Shown here: piece by piece, positions 58,801-64,000 of the stretch
How positions within the stretch are numbered: position 1 is the stretch's first letter
How the letters are laid out: every line of letters begins with the position of its first letter
Source: an uncultured Gammaproteobacteria bacterium
GTDB taxonomy: Bacteria > Patescibacteriota > Microgenomatia > CAYXHB01 > CAZYTL01
DNA length: 64,000 bases
Direction: 5' to 3'
Assembly: GCA_964650355.1 (NCBI GenBank)
Contig: CAZYTL010000003.1
Location: 65,750-129,749 of the forward strand
Notes under the pieces: generated by a model
What the model was told of the DNA's origin: nothing
The model's database searches: none
The model's input: only the letters and a program-made list of their open reading frames with translations
Translations under genes and position numbers: made by a program

Positions 58801-61507
58801 GGCCATCCCTCCGCCTCCCCCTTACTGTGGCCCCACTCAACTTGGCACCCTTCCCACTTGTAGCGGCGACGTCCGCATCGGCCCGGGCGATCCCCTTTGC
58901 GGCCAAATGTCATATGAATTCCATGACAGTAATGACGGAGAATACTTCTGGAGCTCCAATCCTTATGACACCCAATACCGCTTCGACAGCCAAGAACCTC
59001 GACCCGGAGACTCCCGCGGCGAATATTCAGAATCCCGCTGCGGCGCTGACATGGCTTGTCTGGGATGCAACTGCATCGCCCCGGATGACATGATTGTCAC
59101 CATTTGGACCATCAACGAGGAAATTTGCCACGATGAGCAAACCGGAGCACCTTACACCTGCGAAAAAGAACACATCACTAGAACGTGTTGTGGTCCAAAC
59201 AGTGAACCTGACACCGATCCCAGTGACGTCAACACCTCAGTTTGCAAACCTAACCGTTGGCCGTCTTCTGATGCCTGTCCCGACGGTATGACTTGTATGC
59301 GCCAAAGACCTGGAACATCCGGAGAAGAAAACGTTGAATCCCTTTGCTGTATCAAACCCTATGGCTCGGATAGCCTAGCCACCGGCGGTCAGCTCTGTCA
59401 ACAAATGGAACCTTATCTCTTTCCCGATCGTGACCTTTTCATTACCGCTCAAAGAGAAATCCAACTCTCCGTTAAACTTCCCCACTGGGGCATTCTCTGG
59501 AACCATCTTGTTGAAAACAAAAAATCAACTTTCAAGCTCCTCACCCCCTACCGCGGAGCCTTAACCGCTCCTGATACGGTCCCCTGGTACGATTTCCATG
59601 ACGGCGAGGCTTCCGGAGAACTCAACATCATCAACCTCTCGGGTCCAGCCACCTTTAGCCCCAATACCGTCAACCTCTTCTTCCCTCATCTTGGCGGTAT
59701 CCAAGATGCCACCACTTTTGTTCGTGACTGCCTTACCAATCCCTATCGCTATGACATCCAAGGCAACGGCTGCAACTACTCTGACGTCACCGAACCCACT
59801 CGCGAGTGCATCGTCAACTTCCAAAAAATCTCCGTCATGGTTAACTCTGATCCCGGCGACCTCATGCCCTACATCAACGCCGCCCAGCCTCCCGTCGTCA
59901 CCCTCATGGACAACGGCCTCACCTACGCCTCAGCCATCAAAGCCGCTTCTCCCGCAACTCGCATCGTCGGCAGAGTCTATGATCCCTATTTCGCCCAACT
60001 ACCAGACCCACTTCCGTCTACTGGTGAAATTCCCGCCCTTGTCCAGCGTTGGGTCTCCTCTCTCGGAGGGCATATCAACAACGATCAAGTAAATTACTGG
60101 CAAGGTTTCAACGAACCCATCGTCGACACCGCAGATAAAATGGCCTGGCTCGCTCAATTTGAAAAAGCTCGTGTCGAATGGTTAGCCTCTCAAGGCAAAC
60201 AAGCTTGCATCGGCAACTTCGGCACCGGTAACCCCAATCCTAACTTCTGGGGAGATTTTGAACCAGCATTCACAGCTATCGAGCAACACGGCGGAGTTGT
60301 CTGTCTCCATGAATATGGTGGAGTCAACACCGGTGACAACATGGAGATCGGCAGTGGCCATCTTGGCCGATTCCAAGATATGTATAATTATCTCGGGAGC
60401 CGCAACATTCAAACCGTTATTTCTGAAACTGGCATGGACCGCAGTGGCAACGCCGCCTCCGATGGCTGGAAAGCCAGAGTGACTGCCGATGTCTTCCTCG
60501 AAGGCCTCACCGGCTATGACCAATTTCTCATGGGCGAACCCCGCATCATCGGCGCCACCCTCTTCATCCTCGGTCACCCTGGTTGGCCCAGTTTCGAAAT
60601 TTCCCCCGAAATCATCCAGGCCATGACCGAAGGCGCTCAACAAAATCTTGATCCCGGAGCCATCCAATGCGTCTCTACTGGCTCTCCTCAACCCCCGGGA
60701 AATCCCGGCACACCCGGCACCACCGCAGACTTAAACGGCATCGGCATTTTTACCAGTGGCGGTGATGCCGCTACCACCTGGATCAATACCACCAACCCAG
60801 ACATGATCCTCCTCCTCAACAGCTTCTCTTACGCCAACGAGATCCCCTCTTCCATCCTGGTTGTGGGCCGCACTACCGAACTACCAGATGGCGGAACTGA
60901 TCTCGGCCGTCTCGACACTACCCTCCGGAACTACATGCAAGCCAACCCTGCTGTCGACGTCTGGCAGGGTTATAACGAAATCCTCTATCACTCCAGTGGC
61001 AACTATGACCTTCTCACCCAACACGACCGCCGCATGATCCAACTCGGCAGCCAATTAGGCAAAAAGGTCTGCATCGGCAATTTCAAAGAAGGCTGGCCCC
61101 TGGACCCCGGCAGTTCAGCCTTCAGCACCTACGCCAGCGCCATCATGCAGGAAATCAGTACTCAAAGCATGTCCGGCAACGTCTACCTCTGTGTCCATGA
61201 GCATGAGAAGGATAACTGGTCCTTTGGGGCCAACGATAGCTATATTGGCCGATTCACCCAACTCACCAGTAACGGCCTCGATCTTCCTGTCCTCGTCACT
61301 GTCTCCGGCTATGACTCCGAAGCTGGTCCCACCATCGACCACGGCGCGGGCTGGCAAGATAGCGGAATAGATGCTGCTACCTATCGCGGCTGGCTTAGAG
61401 ATTACTATCAGGCAGCCCGCGGTGCTGGAGCCCAAGGCATGGCCGTCTTCCAGGTCGGTCTGGGAGGTGAATGGAATGGCTTTGATGCTCTCCCCCTCCT
61501 CCAGTAA
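55832..61507 (+). CDS. giant secreted Cys-rich surface protein with two C-terminal glycoside-hydrolase-like domains
   Basis: signal peptide (VSA-Q), many Cys, CNDNDPCTTDTC repeat, tandem domains WQGFNEP/CLHEY/ISETG and WQGYNEI/CVHEH/VTVSG. Confidence 0.8.
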   Translation: MSNLHSNQLITNYYLLITSLFLILLATSYLLLTNKVSAQGVDCTTAPTGACCNDSSICQGETCAFVPGAPCGDSFCRDIYDNPRNTGECCGGSDLCNTSGNCAFVPGASSKCSGGGGNVTPSPGVTPDPDLIDYTPPTTYGANQRCAGKETNALSSRPVECGVCYDYTPKATNACTNPNITATATLEYSANEGFTCGTGECKYDKSACTVEQAPFYNCCTAVTDPEVRDRADMPPLGADCDPCADCGYWVEDNCGENGNPPQIPETQQLLVGPKPWSGIFAVDTRVPRETILPFAGNDNEESLERYIADYFDGTIYYKSAIDPESHPPDLSNDPFPIYNHHVTSYYDIPPFDPRFVSYSGIFSKLAPQAYQDRLKQGIIHRVIEANYNQTNQPVHNITIRSWHGDQVQLLNFFVLPQQPPRMRPLAPNEGGGGTWDQYVQSLTAWSVRDGGKWYRLWSYVPISSREDTPGELVPIPQTPAYVIPLNSSIEGPPLADNPSNQIQLTTPALSWSSTGGNSQPASPSQGGQLTADSSLIASSTVYSPSTASSNTSPSSPSSAPDNSVLLAQVDQHDPDPTCFEDYIPFGGTKEFDGYCTAIAEHGDYSCSDGTTCHPDRHLCYNTTCSIEDQYVYEGHCKCEPKQCPNGTDAECNDNDPCTTDTCNQTTKVCNEPEPIIGCVKPPPWVNLQQPHSARLYQTERQVRALLKPADARGVPTAQTTTESPLNAYAPTTTSSTSPASQLASLQPFSPANSQLTANSSLLAQVSPSPTASPSPNPNASPTPNPIVGSNYSSCAPAFLDIVPIATHATGSGYICEFAVNIRENQPCIRAFDTACCENGDQGLPTPDDCPIPWYHSCNFPRLNDIPWAYPLGDAAWQIDVTTPSGYHAYPVPIHKIAVGGDLASGIVHWGEIALGYGETMNAQGYFLNGFNWNTYEIDKHNFPGSAYWQWIISGLGPSGTLTCQAPPQGGWADAAAGEEFDCKCNRTGPMAIPPPPPYCGPTQLGTLPTCSGDVRIGPGDPLCGQMSYEFHDSNDGEYFWSSNPYDTQYRFDSQEPRPGDSRGEYSESRCGADMACLGCNCIAPDDMIVTIWTINEEICHDEQTGAPYTCEKEHITRTCCGPNSEPDTDPSDVNTSVCKPNRWPSSDACPDGMTCMRQRPGTSGEENVESLCCIKPYGSDSLATGGQLCQQMEPYLFPDRDLFITAQREIQLSVKLPHWGILWNHLVENKKSTFKLLTPYRGALTAPDTVPWYDFHDGEASGELNIINLSGPATFSPNTVNLFFPHLGGIQDATTFVRDCLTNPYRYDIQGNGCNYSDVTEPTRECIVNFQKISVMVNSDPGDLMPYINAAQPPVVTLMDNGLTYASAIKAASPATRIVGRVYDPYFAQLPDPLPSTGEIPALVQRWVSSLGGHINNDQVNYWQGFNEPIVDTADKMAWLAQFEKARVEWLASQGKQACIGNFGTGNPNPNFWGDFEPAFTAIEQHGGVVCLHEYGGVNTGDNMEIGSGHLGRFQDMYNYLGSRNIQTVISETGMDRSGNAASDGWKARVTADVFLEGLTGYDQFLMGEPRIIGATLFILGHPGWPSFEISPEIIQAMTEGAQQNLDPGAIQCVSTGSPQPPGNPGTPGTTADLNGIGIFTSGGDAATTWINTTNPDMILLLNSFSYANEIPSSILVVGRTTELPDGGTDLGRLDTTLRNYMQANPAVDVWQGYNEILYHSSGNYDLLTQHDRRMIQLGSQLGKKVCIGNFKEGWPLDPGSSAFSTYASAIMQEISTQSMSGNVYLCVHEHEKDNWSFGANDSYIGRFTQLTSNGLDLPVLVTVSGYDSEAGPTIDHGAGWQDSGIDAATYRGWLRDYYQAARGAGAQGMAVFQVGLGGEWNGFDALPLLQ

Positions 61508-61591
61508 CCAAGACCAACTGTCCTTTTCAATTACTTAATTCGTGCTAATTCGCTCGCCATCTCTCCATTCAGATAAATTCGTGTGAAAACT

Positions 61592-62953
61592 TCAAAACAA
61601 CCCTAACTGTTCCTCTCTTTCTTTACTTTCTTTCTCTAAATCTCCAATCTTGATCACTCCATACACCCCATCATACCCCGGCTTAATCTCCACCTCACCT
61701 TTGCGCATCTTCTCAATCGCCAGCGCTAACTTCTTAAAACCTGCTTCTTGAATCTCTTCTATTGGCATCCATAACAAAATCTCAAAATCACCCCCCAGCT
61801 TCTGCGTCACTAAATTATACATCTGCTGGACCGACCTGCTAGTAATACTCTTCACCTCCAACAACTCTGCCATGGTCCACAACAACGGAATCAAATACTT
61901 CACCTCTTTTCCTCTCATCCGACCCTGCCCTTGAGCATCGCCCTTTACTTCTTCCTGAATCAGCTTTTCTGCTTCTTCCTTACTCCTGTCTGCCAAATCA
62001 ATCACCCTTGATAGCACCCCCACCGTCAATGGCCTTCCGCACTTTGGACATCTGCCTTCCAGCTTCTTCGTCTCTTCCGGTTCACAGCTAAAATCACAAC
62101 TCCTATGCCCGTCTGCATGATACATCCCCTCTTGCGGATAAAACTCAATCGTTCCCACATATCGCTCATCTCCCACTTTTATCGCCTCAATAATATCACT
62201 ATAACTTAACTCACAATCAAACAAATTTGCCTCCCTACCGATATTCTTAGCCGAATGCGCGTCCGACCCAGACAACAGCGTCCGGCTGTCCAAATCGCTC
62301 ACCATCCTACACATCATCGGGTCTGCAGATAACCCGGTTTCCACTGCATAAATATATTTAGCATAGTCCCCAAACGCCTCTTCTACCGAATCAAACCCCG
62401 ACTTTGATCCGAACATCGCAAAATGTGGCGTCCAAATATGCGCCGGCACAAATAAACAATCTTCAGAGGCTTCCAGCATCACCTTTAACAACTCCTCGCT
62501 GTCCAAACCCAAAATCGGCCTTCCGTCCGACTTCAAATTTCCCACCTCTTGTAATTTAGCATTAATCTTAGCCGCCACCTCCAAACTCGGAGCCACTATC
62601 TGATTATGCAACCGCCTCACCTTCCCGTACCGCTTATAGATATTGCTAATCTCAACTGACAACGCAAACCTTATCTCTCGCTCTCTACACTTCATTGGCA
62701 AACTCTTATCCATCTCCTTTGCCAATTCCTCTTTCAATTTATATAACACACCTGAACCCTCCGTGGCCGTAACCTCATCTGCCACCAGTTTCGTCCGCAG
62801 CTCCTCAAACCACACCGGATGCGTAAAATCTCCTGTCCCAATCACATCCAACCCTTTTAACTTCCCCCACTGATACAAATTCTCCAAAGTCAAATCCTTA
62901 CTTGTCGCTCTGGCAAAATGCGAATGCACATGAAAATCAACAATCAATTTCAT
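61592..62953 (-). CDS. endonuclease Q family PHP-domain protein
   Basis: DFHVHS, GTGDFTHP, DGRP, PAHIWTP, ETGLS, SDAHS, GREAN, GHRSC...CPKCG, PGYDGVYG. Confidence 0.88.
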   Translation of the reverse strand: MKLIVDFHVHSHFARATSKDLTLENLYQWGKLKGLDVIGTGDFTHPVWFEELRTKLVADEVTATEGSGVLYKLKEELAKEMDKSLPMKCREREIRFALSVEISNIYKRYGKVRRLHNQIVAPSLEVAAKINAKLQEVGNLKSDGRPILGLDSEELLKVMLEASEDCLFVPAHIWTPHFAMFGSKSGFDSVEEAFGDYAKYIYAVETGLSADPMMCRMVSDLDSRTLLSGSDAHSAKNIGREANLFDCELSYSDIIEAIKVGDERYVGTIEFYPQEGMYHADGHRSCDFSCEPEETKKLEGRCPKCGRPLTVGVLSRVIDLADRSKEEAEKLIQEEVKGDAQGQGRMRGKEVKYLIPLLWTMAELLEVKSITSRSVQQMYNLVTQKLGGDFEILLWMPIEEIQEAGFKKLALAIEKMRKGEVEIKPGYDGVYGVIKIGDLEKESKEREEQLGLF

Positions 62954-63002
62954 AGATCAGAAATTCAACATACTAAGATATTCTTATCTCTTTCTTTTTG
63001 CA

Positions 63003-64000
63003 TTACTTCACCCGATAAATCCTTGTCTCGCCGCTCTCAAACACCACCTCCCCCAATTGCTTAAAGTTTTCCTCCCGCAGTCTCGGATACTTCTCCCTCT
63101 CCTTATCCCCCACAAACACATATTCAACGCGGTACTTACTCAAAATCTTCCTTACCTCCTCTAAATCTACCGACGTATATACCTTCTCTACCTCAGCCTG
63201 CCTGGCTCCCGGCTCATCAAAACTTCCCCGCCATAACCATTCGTGCACCAACCAACCCTGAATCGTCGGATATCCAGTATAAGCCGACACCCGGTCAAAC
63301 TCCGTATAACTGTCACCCACCGCCTCCAACACCACGGGCTGCCTGTCCGCCATAGCTTTAGCAGAGATGAATCCCTCCAATTCCCTCAACCACTCAATCC
63401 CCGCAAAATCATCAGCATACTTATTCTTTAACCAGGCTTCACCATCCAATCCCCTGTAAACCTTCAATCCATTGTAATAATCCCGAATCGCAAACCGCGG
63501 ATAACTCCCGACTGCCACCAATCCTAGTACTACCAACATTATCCATCCATATTTCAAATACTTATTGTTCCACACTACCAACGGTGCACTCACCAACCGT
63601 ACAATCGTATACGCTCCTGCAAACGCAAACAAAATCCACGATTGATATACCAACTTAAACATCGTATTCGCTCGATGGTAATCCGCGATATAAATATCCT
63701 TCACGTACACCAACTCTGGAATCAAAATCAGCAACCACCCCACCCCGTACCAACCCAACATTACATAGTCCACCAACAAAGCCTTCAATTCCCTACTCCC
63801 CTTATCAACTCTCCTCACTCCAATCACAAACATTAACAAACTCACAAACAGAAACAAATCCCATCCCCACAACACCAACAGCTTAGAAATTTCTGAATTC
63901 GCTTCCACCGGCAATATCCCTTTGGCAATTTGCTCAAAGTGCATCTGAAAAGGCAAACTCACCATTATGGTCAATCCCACTAATATCCCTCCTATTAACC
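63003..64000 (-). CDS. 3' part of a DUF2298/YYY-type membrane protein (probable GT-C glycosyltransferase)
   Basis: RANTMFKLVYQSW, LDG, GW..HEWLWRG, YVFVG..ER..Y; runs off the window. Confidence 0.8.
   Translation of the reverse strand, partial: LIGGILVGLTIMVSLPFQMHFEQIAKGILPVEANSEISKLLVLWGWDLFLFVSLLMFVIGVRRVDKGSRELKALLVDYVMLGWYGVGWLLILIPELVYVKDIYIADYHRANTMFKLVYQSWILFAFAGAYTIVRLVSAPLVVWNNKYLKYGWIMLVVLGLVAVGSYPRFAIRDYYNGLKVYRGLDGEAWLKNKYADDFAGIEWLRELEGFISAKAMADRQPVVLEAVGDSYTEFDRVSAYTGYPTIQGWLVHEWLWRGSFDEPGARQAEVEKVYTSVDLEEVRKILSKYRVEYVFVGDKEREKYPRLREENFKQLGEVVFESGETRIYRVK

Overview
Bacterial chromosomal window, most likely from a small-genome Patescibacteria/CPR (Microgenomates-like) organism. 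This is inferred from a VirD4/TraG-like ATPase, a DUF5667-like protein, archaeal-type TpiA, giant Cys-rich surface proteins, widespread apparently leaderless genes and an extreme C-over-G skew on the + strand. The window is rich in nucleotide metabolism and pool-sanitising genes: 3 NUDIX, 3 HAM1/ITPase-like, HIT, Ppx/GppA, 3 Dcd/dUTPase-fold proteins, tandem class II ribonucleotide reductases under NrdR, PduO-type adenosyltransferase, LOG and EndoQ. It also carries two class A PBPs, a GH18 hydrolase, rpe/rpiB/tpiA, sufS/sufT, valS, a Xer-like recombinase and a tRNA-Ile with a UAU anticodon. The top candidate for a new system is the operon at 15975-18609. Its ThyA homologue carries the dCMP-specifying Asp in place of the dUMP-specifying Asn (RSNDMILGFPHD). 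It is followed by a Dcd-fold protein lacking the deaminase Glu, DHFR and a dCMP-deaminase-family enzyme, suggesting dTMP synthesis via 5-methyl-dCMP. Other notable signals are two GC-rich, Shine-Dalgarno-led, hairpin-flanked secreted-protein cassettes, and short palindromic or heptamer repeats inserted in frame inside many enzymes. All assignments come from motif reading only; no database searches were run.
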